NCBI GenBank assembly: GCA_040770465.1
Contig: JAXGJB010000006.1
Location: forward strand, 1 to 64,000
Length of the DNA: 64,000 nucleotides
Direction: 5' to 3'
DNA from: Methanothrix sp.
Lineage (GTDB): Archaea > Halobacteriota > Methanosarcinia > Methanotrichales > Methanotrichaceae
A program made the translations under genes and the position numbers. How positions within the stretch are numbered: the first letter of the stretch is position 1; each line of letters starts with the position of its first letter. This document shows positions 37,685-47,136 of this stretch, piece after piece. The notes below the pieces were generated by a model. It did no database searches and had not been told where the DNA came from. It saw nothing but the letters and a program-made list of their open reading frames with translations.

Positions 37685-37864
37685 TCAGGTCCTGGCGGCG
37701 ATGGCCTTCGCGGACCGCGCTATCTTCCTTCTCCTCGCACCGGAGGAGGTGTACTTCTGGAGGGGGCCGGGTTTCTTGTGAGAGGCCTCGGCGTTAGGCA
37801 CCTGTCTAATCTGACCTTTTCTTCCCTTTATCTTGGTCCATTCAACGCTTCCTGTCTTTCCCAT
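37685..37864 (-). CDS. Small basic conserved methanogen protein (DUF5350-like)
   Basis: Manual translation MGKTGSVEWTKIKGRKGQIRQVPNAEASHKKPGPLQKYTSSGARRRKIARSAKAIAART*. Confidence 0.75.
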   Translation of the reverse strand: MGKTGSVEWTKIKGRKGQIRQVPNAEASHKKPGPLQKYTSSGARRRKIARSAKAIAART

Positions 37865-37961
37865 AAGCGGTAACTACCAGGATCGATCTTAAATAGGTTT
37901 CGAGGAACGGGGCGAATATCGGTCCGGTTCCCCCACCGAAGAGAGGCGGAAGAGAGGGCGA

Positions 37962-39140
37962 GTGAAGAGAACACTTATAGGCGGGAATACCATCAACGCA
38001 TGTGTGAACCGCGAGACGGCCCTTCCCAGGATCCAGGTCAGCAAGTCGTCAGCCCTCGTTCTCGTGGGGCTTGGGGTCTACCTCGCATACCTCCGGCACC
38101 TGGGGCTGGGGGAGGTGGCCGAGAGCCTGGACGGCGTGAGCCTTCCGGTCTTCTCTTCGGCCCTGATTCTGTCCCTCATGATGGTGGCCTTCAACGCCCT
38201 CTCCTGGAGGAGGGTGGCCGAAGAGCTCGACCGCCGGGCGTCTTTTTGCGATCTCTTCATAATCTACCTCTCCAGCATCTTCCTCAACAACCTCATCCCC
38301 ACGGGGAGCTTCTCGGGGGAGACGGCCCGGCTCTACTTCATGGAGAAGGTAGGCGGCGGCTCAGGTTCCGACTCAAGTTCCAGTTTCAGTTCCAACCCCA
38401 GCACCACCTCTCTACCCCGATCGAGCTTCGGCGCGAGCTTCGCGTCCGTCGCCGCGAGCAGGATCATCACCGCCGTCCCCTTCATCCTCGGGATGATCCT
38501 GGGGCTCGCCTACCTGACATCCTCGCGCCAGGTGCCGGGGTGGGCCCTCAAAACCTGTTTCGCCATGATGATCCTGTCGGTCACCGCGGGTTTCGCCTTC
38601 GTCGGGATCTGCTTTGAAGAGCGATGGCTCCAGAGGATGGTGGGCGTCACCATCGGCCCCCTGGGGAGGATATTTCGCCGGGATATGGACCGGGAGCTCT
38701 GTTCGGGCGCAGTGACCGGGTTTATGAGGAGCATGGTCCTTCTGAGGCAGAAGAACAGAGCCCTCCTGGAGAGCCTCGTCTGGGCCTTCGCGGGCTGGCT
38801 CTGCCTTGAGATGGTGGCCTATGCCGCCTTCCGGTCCCTCGGAGTCCACGTCCCCCTCCTCGCCATCTTCGCCGTCTACTCGGTCGTCATCGTCTTTCAG
38901 ACCCTCCCCATCGGCCTTCCGGGCGGGATTGGCCTTGTGGAGATTCTGATGACCGCCCTATTCGGCGCCGTGGGGATTCCGATCCACGATGCCGCCGCCG
39001 TCACCATACTCATCCGCCTCGTACAGCTCTGGTTTCTAGCGATCCTCGGAGGCGTGTCCACCGTCCATCTGATAAGGCGGATCGAGAGGGAGCAGAACGG
39101 CCGCGAGCCAAGGGTGAGTTCGGAAGGCGCCGGGATCTGA
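37962..39140 (+). CDS. UPF0104 flippase-like membrane protein, paralog of 18220-19293
   Basis: FLNNLIPTGSFSGETARLY, LPGGIGLVE; Ser-rich insert. Confidence 0.85.
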   Translation: MKRTLIGGNTINACVNRETALPRIQVSKSSALVLVGLGVYLAYLRHLGLGEVAESLDGVSLPVFSSALILSLMMVAFNALSWRRVAEELDRRASFCDLFIIYLSSIFLNNLIPTGSFSGETARLYFMEKVGGGSGSDSSSSFSSNPSTTSLPRSSFGASFASVAASRIITAVPFILGMILGLAYLTSSRQVPGWALKTCFAMMILSVTAGFAFVGICFEERWLQRMVGVTIGPLGRIFRRDMDRELCSGAVTGFMRSMVLLRQKNRALLESLVWAFAGWLCLEMVAYAAFRSLGVHVPLLAIFAVYSVVIVFQTLPIGLPGGIGLVEILMTALFGAVGIPIHDAAAVTILIRLVQLWFLAILGGVSTVHLIRRIEREQNGREPRVSSEGAGI

Positions 39141-39181
39141 AATAGAGTTAAATACCATCGAGGCGTCAAGCCCCGTCTAGC

Positions 39182-39256
39182 GGGACAGTAGGGTAGCCTG
39201 GTCCATCCTCGAGCGTTTGGGACGCTTGGACTGCGGTTCAAATCCGCGCTGTCCCA
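39182..39256 (+). tRNA. tRNA-Pro(TGG)
   Basis: GGGACAG/CTGTCCC acceptor stem, anticodon arm GAGCG-TT TGG GA-CGCTT, GTTCAAATC T-loop. Confidence 0.95.
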
Positions 39257-39671
39257 TCAACTGGTTTTCAAAGCGATTCGCGATTTTGACGGTCAAATTC
39301 CGAGGCCATTTTTCATCCACCCAAAATTTTTTGCCAAAAGGTGCGAAGACACCGACCGGAAAAGGAACTGAGGAGAGCGAAGCCGCTCATCGTCCCGGCG
39401 CTGCTGATGCTGTCGTTCGCAGCGACCGCGCTGGCAGAAACGACGGGAAACGAAAGCGGCACATGTCAGGTGCGATCCACAAACCCTTCTGAGAGCGAGT
39501 CCCCAGGAGCTGTACCAGTACCAGAAAGTCCAGAATCTGCCAAAAAAAACGCTGGTGGAGACAATCATCGGTCCTCCTGTTTTTATTCTGCCGCCAATAT
39601 TATAGTCATAAACCTGACTATTAGATCTTAATTTTCCGTCTATATCCCAAATCCTCAGTTAAAAATCAGAT

Positions 39672-39759
39672 TGGTGCGGGGGATGGGATTCGAACCCACG
39701 AACTCCTGCGAGACTAGGCCCTGAACCTAGCGCCGTTGACCTGGCTTGGCGACCCCCGC
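39672..39759 (-). tRNA. tRNA-Leu(CAG)
   Basis: GCGGGGG/CCCCCGC acceptor stem, CTAGG-TT CAG GG-CCTAG anticodon arm, long variable arm, encoded CCA. Confidence 0.95.
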
Positions 39760-39893
39760 GCTAAGAGGCAACGTTGAAGTCTCAGTACACCTATTTAATT
39801 GTATTCGTGCGCGGTGCCATGATGAGCCGACCTGCCTGATCGATGATGAGGATTTTGAGTCCCTGAGCGCCGTCTTCGCCTTATCCTCATAAT

Positions 39894-39985
39894 TTACAGA
39901 TCCCGATGGGGATCAGATCGCAGCCGGTGCGCGTGCTGATAAGCAGCCGGTCTAGGCGACGTCGCCCCTCAGCCCTGCTCGCCGA
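39894..39985 (-). pseudogene. Degenerate duplicate of the 3' end of the radical SAM gene (40799 to about 40890)
   Basis: TTACAGATCCCGATGGGG...CAGATCGCAGCCGGTGC...GGCGACGTCGCCCC...GCCCTGCTCG shared, with indels. Confidence 0.8.
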
Positions 39986-40036
39986 TGGCGGGCGGCCACT
40001 GTGCCCCAATCTTGCTGATCATAATTTCATTATGTG

Positions 40037-40684
40037 TCACTCTGACAGTTGTCCGGGGATCATGGAAATGATATGCGGTTCACATGCCGTCTGATTTCTC
40101 GAGACCCCCCATTCGTACAGCACGTCTGATGTTCTCGAATTGCTTATCTCGCCGAGGGCCCAGGCTGCGTTCATCCGGACATGCTGATCGGTATCCGCAT
40201 GACGGTAGCCGGTATCGTTGAGCAAACTGGTCAGGGGTTCAACGGCCTTGGGGTCGCCTATCCGACCGAGAGAATGGGCTGCGACCGCCCGGACACCATC
40301 ATCCTCATCATCGAGGGACGCGATGAGGGGATCTGTCGCCCTCGGATCGCCGATCTCACCGAGAGCCCAGGCAGCATACATCCGAACATCGCTGTTCGAG
40401 TCATTCAGCGCCAAGATCAGGGGATAAACGGCCCGCGGGTCGCCGATATCGCCGAGAGCTACCGCAGATGAAGATCGGACTTCGTCATCTGAATCGTTCA
40501 ATGTTCGAATCAGAGGATCTACAGCCTTGGGGTTGCTTATCAAGCCGAGAGCCCAGGCGCTGCCCTCCCGGACGCCGGGATCGCCGACGCTCAGATCCGA
40601 TATGAATTTGTCCACCTCATCGGCTTCAACAGGCATCATCAGAGTCGCCAGCATAAGCGCGCAAAAGATCAATCCCGGTCTCAT
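40037..40684 (-). CDS. Secreted HEAT/PBS-lyase repeat protein
   Basis: Signal peptide then repeats of VR..AA.ALG.IGDPRAV.PLI..LND. Confidence 0.88.
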   Translation of the reverse strand: MRPGLIFCALMLATLMMPVEADEVDKFISDLSVGDPGVREGSAWALGLISNPKAVDPLIRTLNDSDDEVRSSSAVALGDIGDPRAVYPLILALNDSNSDVRMYAAWALGEIGDPRATDPLIASLDDEDDGVRAVAAHSLGRIGDPKAVEPLTSLLNDTGYRHADTDQHVRMNAAWALGEISNSRTSDVLYEWGVSRNQTACEPHIISMIPGQLSE

Positions 40685-40798
40685 CTACTCCCCTCTTTCC
40701 CTCTTTTGTGAATAACTGTCACGATCCACTAAAAATGTTTCGGTGATGTGGCGATGCGACCTCTAAAGCTCCTCCCTGGTCTCAGACCCTGTCTCTGA

Positions 40799-41785
40799 TT
40801 ACAGATCCCGATGGGGGACCAGATCGCAGCCGGTGCACCGATAGCATCCGGTCTCGGCGACGTCGCCCCGGAGGCCCTGCTCGTCGAGGACCTTCCGGAG
40901 ATGACGGGCGAGGTCGATGAGCCGCTCCGCTGACGGCCTCGTCATCTCGATCTCGCCTCGCCTGAGGGGGTGGGGATAAACCGCCCTGATCACCGGAAGG
41001 ACTCCCATCCCGGCCAGCTCCTCGATCCCGTCCCGGAGGGCGCGGTCCGACTCACCGAGGCCGACGATGACGTTCGAGAAGACCCTGTTCTCGCCGAAAT
41101 GGCCGACGGCGTTCGAGAGCGCCGCCTTGATCTTATCGAGGGAGACGCCGGGGCAGACCCTCTCGAAGAGGACGGGGTCGAGGCACTCCACGTTGTACTT
41201 GATCTCGTCGGCCCCCGCCGCCTTCAGGATCTTGCTGGACCCGGGGGCTGGGGTGACCGAGACGCCTATCGGCAGATCGAACCTGCGAAGCGCCCTCACG
41301 ATCTCGGCAACCCTTGCCACCTCCACCTCCGGAGACTGCTCGACCCCGCTGGTCAGGGATATCGCCTCAAGCTCCCCCGTCTCCTGGGCCCTGGCCACCA
41401 TCTTCACGACCAACTCCCTCGACTTAACCCCCCCCGAAAGCTTCGGTACGGCGCAGAACTTGCAGTCGTAGATGCACCTCTCGCTGACGGTGATGTAGGC
41501 CTGCCGGGGACAGTGGAGGAGAGGCTTTTCGAGGACCCCCCGAGCGACCTCTTTGCCATTCTCCAGTATAGCCACCTCGTCGCCACCAAGCTCCTCCAGC
41601 GTCAGGGGGGAGCCCTCCGCCACGGAGAGCCTCACCCTCTTCCCGCCGGATCGGAAGAAGACGTTCTTCTCCCCGGCGCCCGGACCCGCCGTCGAGACGG
41701 GCCCCGAAGGGCGCAACACCTCCGGCAGCTCAACGTTGCCCCAGGAGATGAGTCGAGCTTTTGTCTTCGGGTCCATCGACATCAA
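40799..41785 (-). CDS. Radical SAM protein (biotin synthase-related, archaeal)
   Basis: CIYDCKFC motif; C-terminal GCYRCTGC. Confidence 0.88.
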   Translation of the reverse strand: MMSMDPKTKARLISWGNVELPEVLRPSGPVSTAGPGAGEKNVFFRSGGKRVRLSVAEGSPLTLEELGGDEVAILENGKEVARGVLEKPLLHCPRQAYITVSERCIYDCKFCAVPKLSGGVKSRELVVKMVARAQETGELEAISLTSGVEQSPEVEVARVAEIVRALRRFDLPIGVSVTPAPGSSKILKAAGADEIKYNVECLDPVLFERVCPGVSLDKIKAALSNAVGHFGENRVFSNVIVGLGESDRALRDGIEELAGMGVLPVIRAVYPHPLRRGEIEMTRPSAERLIDLARHLRKVLDEQGLRGDVAETGCYRCTGCDLVPHRDL

Positions 41786-42043
41786 GTACCTCCCGAGAGT
41801 TTATAGGTATGACCCCACACCTCCAAGCCGAAAGTCGGCCGAAATGTGGAACCGGATTTTTGACCGCCGAGACCGTTCACTCGTCCAGCCGGTGGTAGAC
41901 TGCCCGGAATTGGGGCCTGAATTCATCGGCATAAATTCATAAAATCGCCCCACAAAGTGCATCTTGACTTTCATCGAACTGCAAACTTATTTCAGCGATG
42001 CCCATTCAAAATGACTCTCAGCAGGATGAAGAGGTGATTTGGA

Positions 42044-42385
42044 TTGCCGACGATAATGGACCAGAGAACTGAGCCGGGCTCTGAACCGACTTCTGAACCG
42101 ACCTCTGAAAGAGACGAAAAAAAGAACGGGCTCCAGGAAGAGCACTCATTGAGCTTTTCCGAAGCCGCCGCCTTCCTGCGGGAGCTGGCAGATGTCATGG
42201 AGAGGGGGGGCGATATCAAGATGGCCATCTCCCAACAACAGATCCAGATCATCCCCGACGAGCCCGTCACCCTGGAGATCAGCTACAGGGAAGACCCCAA
42301 GAAGAAAAAGATGGAGGTCGAGCTGGAGATCAAAGAGCACTTCGGCAAGGCGGCCTCAGGGGCGGGACGGCCTCGATTGGAATAG
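42044..42385 (+). CDS. Amphi-Trp domain-like small protein
   Basis: EAAAFLRELAD...VTLEISY...MEVELEI pattern. Confidence 0.65.
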   Translation: MPTIMDQRTEPGSEPTSEPTSERDEKKNGLQEEHSLSFSEAAAFLRELADVMERGGDIKMAISQQQIQIIPDEPVTLEISYREDPKKKKMEVELEIKEHFGKAASGAGRPRLE

Positions 42386-42477
42386 CCAGCTGATACCAGG
42401 CGGCAGGGGACCGGGCAAACCCAACTCCTCCCCCCGCTTCCCTTAACGCCATTTACACGATTTTCAACCCCCTTAAC

Positions 42478-43236
42478 ATGTCAAGATCGATCAAGCTCAT
42501 CGACGTCGCCCCCACATTGGCCCGGGTCCTGGGGGTGAAAACCCCTCCAGTCGATGGGCATCCAATCGACGAGGTGGAGGGATGGGGGTGCGACAGAGCC
42601 GTACTGGCCATCGTCGATAGCCTTGGCTACGGTCTCTATCGAGCGCTGGAGAGCGACCTCCCTAATATGCGGTCGATGACAAGAGAGGGGCTCCTCCTGA
42701 AGGCCGAGTGCGTTGCGCCGTCCACCACCCCCGCCATCGCCTCGATCCTAACAGGCCTTCTGCCCCAAAACCACGGAATCAGCAACACCAGCCAGGCTTC
42801 CGAGTCGGAGATAAGAAGCCTTCTTGAATGGGCGAGCTCCGAGAACCTCCGATCGGCGGTGGTGATGGAGGTGGAGGGCGCACGAACCTTCGAAGGGTTC
42901 GTGAAGACGGTGATGGGGGTCCCCAAAAGCCTCGGGATCCGGGATTTCGATCGAGAGATCCTGGCCCGATCGCTGGAGGCCCTCGATACGGACCCGAAGC
43001 TCCTCGTCGCCCACTTCGTCGGGATCGACCGGATCGCGCATCGTGGAGGAGGGATCGATGAGATCCGGGAGGCGGCGTCCGCCATCGATGGTCATCTCGG
43101 AGATCTGATCGCCGCAATCCCCGAAGATTGTATGATGATAGTCTGTGGAGATCATCCTCTCCACGCCGGAAAGCTGAAAGGGGTCTTCGACTCGAAGTAC
43201 GTGGCATTGATAATCTGGAAGAAGGGATACGGCTGA
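42478..43236 (+). CDS. Alkaline phosphatase superfamily protein
   Basis: IVDSLGY, PSTTPAIASILTG, HFVGIDRIAH, CGDH. Confidence 0.85.
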   Translation: MSRSIKLIDVAPTLARVLGVKTPPVDGHPIDEVEGWGCDRAVLAIVDSLGYGLYRALESDLPNMRSMTREGLLLKAECVAPSTTPAIASILTGLLPQNHGISNTSQASESEIRSLLEWASSENLRSAVVMEVEGARTFEGFVKTVMGVPKSLGIRDFDREILARSLEALDTDPKLLVAHFVGIDRIAHRGGGIDEIREAASAIDGHLGDLIAAIPEDCMMIVCGDHPLHAGKLKGVFDSKYVALIIWKKGYG

Positions 43237-43421
43237 GGACCCGCTTATCGGAGGCGGCTATTTGAGGCTGTCTATTGGGATCTGTTTATTTGAGGCTGTC
43301 AGGAGGTCGTTCCTGGACGGTGCGTCCGCTCTGGCCATCTGCCGGGGTATTTCTCCATCAGAACGTCCGGCTTTGGGCGCGCGACAGATTTAAATGGGTT
43401 CTCGGCTGCCTTAGATCATAC

Positions 43422-43544
43422 ATGTACGAAGACTTATCCGAGATCTACCAGGCCGCTTTGGAGGATGAGCGGAAGCGCAAGTATATGAAAGAGATCGGCG
43501 ACTGGCTGGTGGAGGAGTACTTCGAACCCTATCAGGCATCTTGA
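43422..43544 (+). CDS. 40-aa hypothetical microprotein
   Basis: MYEDLSEIYQAALEDERKRKYMKEIGDWLVEEYFEPYQAS*; TTTAAA TATA-like box about 30 nt upstream; precedes a Zn-finger ORF. Confidence 0.5.
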   Translation: MYEDLSEIYQAALEDERKRKYMKEIGDWLVEEYFEPYQAS

Positions 43545-43548
43545 TTTC

Positions 43549-43728
43549 ATGGAACTTATGGGCATCTGCAGCATCTGCGGCGGGACGGGCAAGCTTTTTA
43601 CGTGCCATCTTTGCGGGAGGATCGTATGCGCGCGATGCTTCGACCCCGGCACAGGGGCCTGCCGCCAATGCAGTGGCGGCAGGAGATCCGGAGACCTATC
43701 CAAAAGGCCCTTCACAAGCGACCTTTGA
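43549..43728 (+). CDS. 59-aa archaeal zinc-finger protein (four CxxC)
   Basis: Manual translation MELMGICSICGGTGKLFTCHLCGRIVCARCFDPGTGACRQCSGG... Confidence 0.75.
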   Translation: MELMGICSICGGTGKLFTCHLCGRIVCARCFDPGTGACRQCSGGRRSGDLSKRPFTSDL

Positions 43729-44093
43729 GGCCGCAGAAATCTGGAATTTGAGCTCCAGAAAAAACACCCATTCTTTTTCGAAGGCCGCATTGATCGGAAA
43801 TATTTTAGGTCCCTGGCCATTTTCCCGAAGATTATGGTGAAATTTTTCAGTTTTTCCCGCCATGGTCTGTCCGATAAACATGAATTTTCTGATATTTGGA
43901 TTGATTAAATCCAAAACCTATTTAGAGCTATGTGAACATGATTAAACCAGCTATTTAGACCTAAATCTAGAATTAAACCGTATTTATGGGATTTAACATG
44001 GCTACTACACTTCCCTACACTCAGAAAAGTTTATATACCAATATAACACAAGGGATTGTGGTAGAAGCAAATTCGCATCCTGCCTGATCACAC

Positions 44094-44448
44094 AGCAATG
44101 AAGGGGGGACCTTTGCTTTGAAGGGGGCAGAGGTTCTTCATTGGTAGGGGAAGTGAAGGGGAGGCAGGATCGCGATTTCCATCTGCCTTTGGAGCGACTT
44201 CGGGATTCTTCCCGGGGCTCCAAGTTCATATTTAGGTACGCAGCAGGTAAGGGAGATAGCAATGAAGGGGGGCGGGCGGATCGGGATGGAGCTTCCGAGA
44301 CGGCTCTTCCTGTTTCGCCCTTCATCACTCGACGATTAATATCATCGAATTAAGGGCATAAATGAAGGGGGGTGGCGGATCAGGAGCTTGATTTCTTCCT
44401 GATTCGCCGATATCTATTCCCTCGATCTGGATGTCGGGCTTCTTCATC
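44094..44448 (+). repeat. Degenerate hairpin-forming repeat units (AATGAAGGGGGG core) in a long leader
   Basis: AGCAATGAAGGGGGG at 44094 and 44258, AATGAAGGGGGG at 44361, variants at 44119 and 44153; each main unit closes with C/GTTCAT; TTTATATA box near 44030. Confidence 0.65.
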
Positions 44449-44517
44449 TCCATTATCACCCATATGGCGGGCGTCGGTTCCGTCTGCAGAGGTCCCTGAG
44501 GACAAGAGGTGGCTTGA

Positions 44518-44967
44518 ATGAAGGTCAAGATCGAGATCGAAGATGAGGGGATGAGGTCCACTCACGTATTTGAGGGCGTCATCATAAGAGAGAAGATCCT
44601 CGATTTCTTGGCCGCAGCCGGCGTCTTTTCAGAGGTTTCGGGCGAGCCCGTTGGGGATAACTTGCAGAAATCTGATAACAGTCGGACCCTCAGAGATCGG
44701 TTGGAGATCTTCGTGAGGGAGGAGTTCCCAGACTCCTGGTTCTCCTCAAACGAGCTCAGAGACCAATACGAGACCGTATCCGACGACATAAAGCTCAGCA
44801 CAGTATCGACGTACCTTTCTCGAATGTATTACGACGGCGTCCTCGAACGTCGCGGCAACAGAAACCAGAGGCAGTACCGCCTGGTGACCGAAGAGTTCAC
44901 CTCTGAGGTCAAGTATCCGGGCACCGTCTTCAAAGAATCCTCGTGGAAGGCGGAGAGCGGCTTGTAG
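44518..44967 (+). CDS. Winged-helix DNA/RNA-binding protein, hypothetical
   Basis: C-terminal WFSSNELRDQY...IKLSTVSTYLSRMYYDGVLERRG...YRLV wHTH pattern. Confidence 0.8.
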   Translation: MKVKIEIEDEGMRSTHVFEGVIIREKILDFLAAAGVFSEVSGEPVGDNLQKSDNSRTLRDRLEIFVREEFPDSWFSSNELRDQYETVSDDIKLSTVSTYLSRMYYDGVLERRGNRNQRQYRLVTEEFTSEVKYPGTVFKESSWKAESGL

Positions 44968-45292
44968 GCCGGAAACCGCGCTCATCCCCAGCCGCTCCTC
45001 TTCTTTCGCGCTCGTCGCGGCCAATACGCCCATCTCAGCCGACACCGCGGACGCGGGGTGGAGACCTACGGATCCACCGGCCGGTTGGAAAGCTCCGGCA
45101 GTCATCTTCCGTCGACCATATCGGCGCGAAGACGAAAGATACGATACGCGGAAAAATAGAAGATCGGCAGAAGCAAAAGGGACGAAGACGGTTCAAAAAT
45201 TCGTTTTGGACCGTACCCCTCGTCACTTTTTCTTCTTCGCCCCGGCTCCTTCAACGATCTCGACCTGCTCTTCGACAACCCCGGGAACCTTC

Positions 45293-46183
45293 TTATTTCT
45301 CAAACTGCTGCTGGACGTCGCATCCGAGCTTACCTATGGCGTCGGACCTGCACTGTCTGCAGTGCCTCATCTGCTTCATTATCGTGGCCAGCTCATCCTG
45401 AACCGCCCTCTTCTGGGCCGGCGTCGGCGGCGAGAGGTGGGAGAACCGATACTGGGGGATGAGGGGCATAACGTTCTGGATGTAGACCCCGAGCTTCTTT
45501 ATCGTCCTCGCGATCTCCATCACGTGGTCGTCGTTTATGGTGGGGATGAGGACGGTGTTCACCTTGACGATCATCTTCCTCTTCACCGCCTCAGCGAGGC
45601 CCTCAAGCTGGTGGTCGAGGAGGATCTCGGCGGCCTCAAGGCCTGTGTACTTCTTCCCCTCGTAGGTGACGTACTCGTAGATCTCTTTGCCGATGTTGGG
45701 GTCGACGGCGTTGAGGGTCACTGTGACGTTGCTGATTCCGAGGCTGTCGAGCCGGTCGATCTCGTCGGGTAGGAGGAGGCCGTTGGTGCTGATGCAGAGG
45801 ATGAGGTTAGGGTACTTCTCGCCGACGAGCCGGAAGGTCTCGAAGGTCGGCTCGTTGAAGAGAGGCTCGCCGGGACCCGCCACCGCCACCACCTTGATGT
45901 AGTGGAGCTTCTCCATCACCTCGTCGACCCGCTGGAGGGCCTCCTCGGGGCTCAAGACCTGGCTTGTCACCCCGGGCCTGCACTCGTTTACGCAGTCGAA
46001 GTCCCGGATGCAGTAGTTGCACTGGATGTTGCATCTCGGAGCGACGGCAAGGTGCATCCTGCCGAACCGGTGGCAGGCCTTCTCGCTGAAGCAGGGGTGC
46101 TCCTGGATCCTCCTCAGCTGCTCCGGGTCCCAGGGAACCTCCTGGTCGCCGACCTTGGCGGTGGGATAGGCATTCTCGCTCAT
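45293..46183 (-). CDS. nifB: NifB-like radical SAM protein (short methanogen type)
   Basis: HPC, HLAVAPRCNIQCNYC, NECRPG, AGPGEPL, CISTNG, MRHCRQCRSDAIG; no NifX-like domain. Confidence 0.88.
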   Translation of the reverse strand: MSENAYPTAKVGDQEVPWDPEQLRRIQEHPCFSEKACHRFGRMHLAVAPRCNIQCNYCIRDFDCVNECRPGVTSQVLSPEEALQRVDEVMEKLHYIKVVAVAGPGEPLFNEPTFETFRLVGEKYPNLILCISTNGLLLPDEIDRLDSLGISNVTVTLNAVDPNIGKEIYEYVTYEGKKYTGLEAAEILLDHQLEGLAEAVKRKMIVKVNTVLIPTINDDHVMEIARTIKKLGVYIQNVMPLIPQYRFSHLSPPTPAQKRAVQDELATIMKQMRHCRQCRSDAIGKLGCDVQQQFEK

Positions 46184-46370
46184 GATCACGAACTCCAGAG
46201 ACCTCTTCGGCATTTCTTCTCTAAAAGGCTATCTCAAACCCTTCTCAAGGATTGCGTCGGCGATGAAGCTCTTAAAGCCGGCCGGTCCGAGGAAGTTTTG
46301 AGACCATCGAGCTCTTCGCCATCCCGAAAGGGCCAAAAATCTTATCCAGCAGTGGAACGTGGGGGTCATC

Positions 46371-46658
46371 ATGTCCGGCAAAGACGGCCGATGGGTGATC
46401 TGGCCAGCCTACATCGACGCCGAGAAGTCCAGAAGCCAGGGGAGGGCGGTCTCAAAGCGCGACGCCGTAGAGAAGCCCACCGTCGACGAGATCCTGGTGG
46501 CGGCATTGCAGATGGGCCTGAAGGCAGAGGTCGAGAAGGATAAGCATTACCCTAAAGAGTGGTGGGAGAAGCCCGGCAGGGTCATGGTATCAAAGAAGGG
46601 ACCAAAGACGGCCCTGGTGAAAGAGATCGCGATCAGGATCAGACGGCGACGGGGATGA
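46371..46658 (+). CDS. srp19: Signal recognition particle 19 kDa protein
   Basis: VIWPAYIDAEKSRSQGR, KHYPKEWWE..GRV. Confidence 0.93.
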   Translation: MSGKDGRWVIWPAYIDAEKSRSQGRAVSKRDAVEKPTVDEILVAALQMGLKAEVEKDKHYPKEWWEKPGRVMVSKKGPKTALVKEIAIRIRRRRG

Positions 46659-46765
46659 AGAGCTGAACCCTACAGTCCCCAGGTATGCGTTCCCAGGTTA
46701 GGCGTTCCCAGGCTCGAAGATCGTCCTGTTCGGTCTACATCTCAAGATGGGCCGCGAGCAGGTCG

Positions 46766-47059
46766 TCAACGGTCCTGGAGGGTCTCCACCTCTTCTACGA
46801 TCTCTTTTCCGGCCACAACCTCGTCGATGCTGTGGATCACGCCGCCGAAGTCCTCTATCACCGACTCCACGGCCAGGTAATCGATCTTATCTCCCTTGAT
46901 GGTGATCTTGATAGTCTCGGTCTGCTGATCCACCTCGGAGAGGCTCAAGTTTACCCCAGTTATTCCGCCGAGCTTGCTCAGAGCCTCGGCGAGCTCCAAA
47001 ATTGTGGGGACATGGGGCTTCAATACGTCAAGTACCAAACGTCTGATGGCGGTGGTCAT
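46766..47059 (-). CDS. DUF211 family protein
   Basis: [12 protein letters not shown] ... [13 protein letters not shown]. Confidence 0.9.
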   Translation of the reverse strand: MTTAIRRLVLDVLKPHVPTILELAEALSKLGGITGVNLSLSEVDQQTETIKITIKGDKIDYLAVESVIEDFGGVIHSIDEVVAGKEIVEEVETLQDR

Positions 47060-47136
47060 CGAAAACTCCCGGTATGATATTGGGCGGATTTTGGTTTGAG
47101 GCAATACTTAATAATGTTTGTGATTCAGGCGAACCT

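Noticed and set aside
39341-39631. ORF between the two tRNAs with a signal-peptide-like stretch
   Set aside because: Short, low complexity and no recognisable domain; possibly a remnant, not supportable as a gene.
39182-39759. tRNA-anchored integrative element
   Set aside because: No integrase gene and no duplicated tRNA 3' end was found in the window.
43259-43300. TATTTGAGGCTGTC direct repeat (two copies)
   Set aside because: Only two short copies in an intergenic gap, with no further structure.
44094-44448. CRISPR array
   Set aside because: Repeats are short and degenerate, spacing is irregular (about 56, 108 and 100 nt), and there are no cas genes in the window.
45293-46183. NifB as evidence of a nitrogen fixation cluster
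   Set aside because: No nifHDK nearby; stand-alone NifB-like genes are widespread in methanogens.
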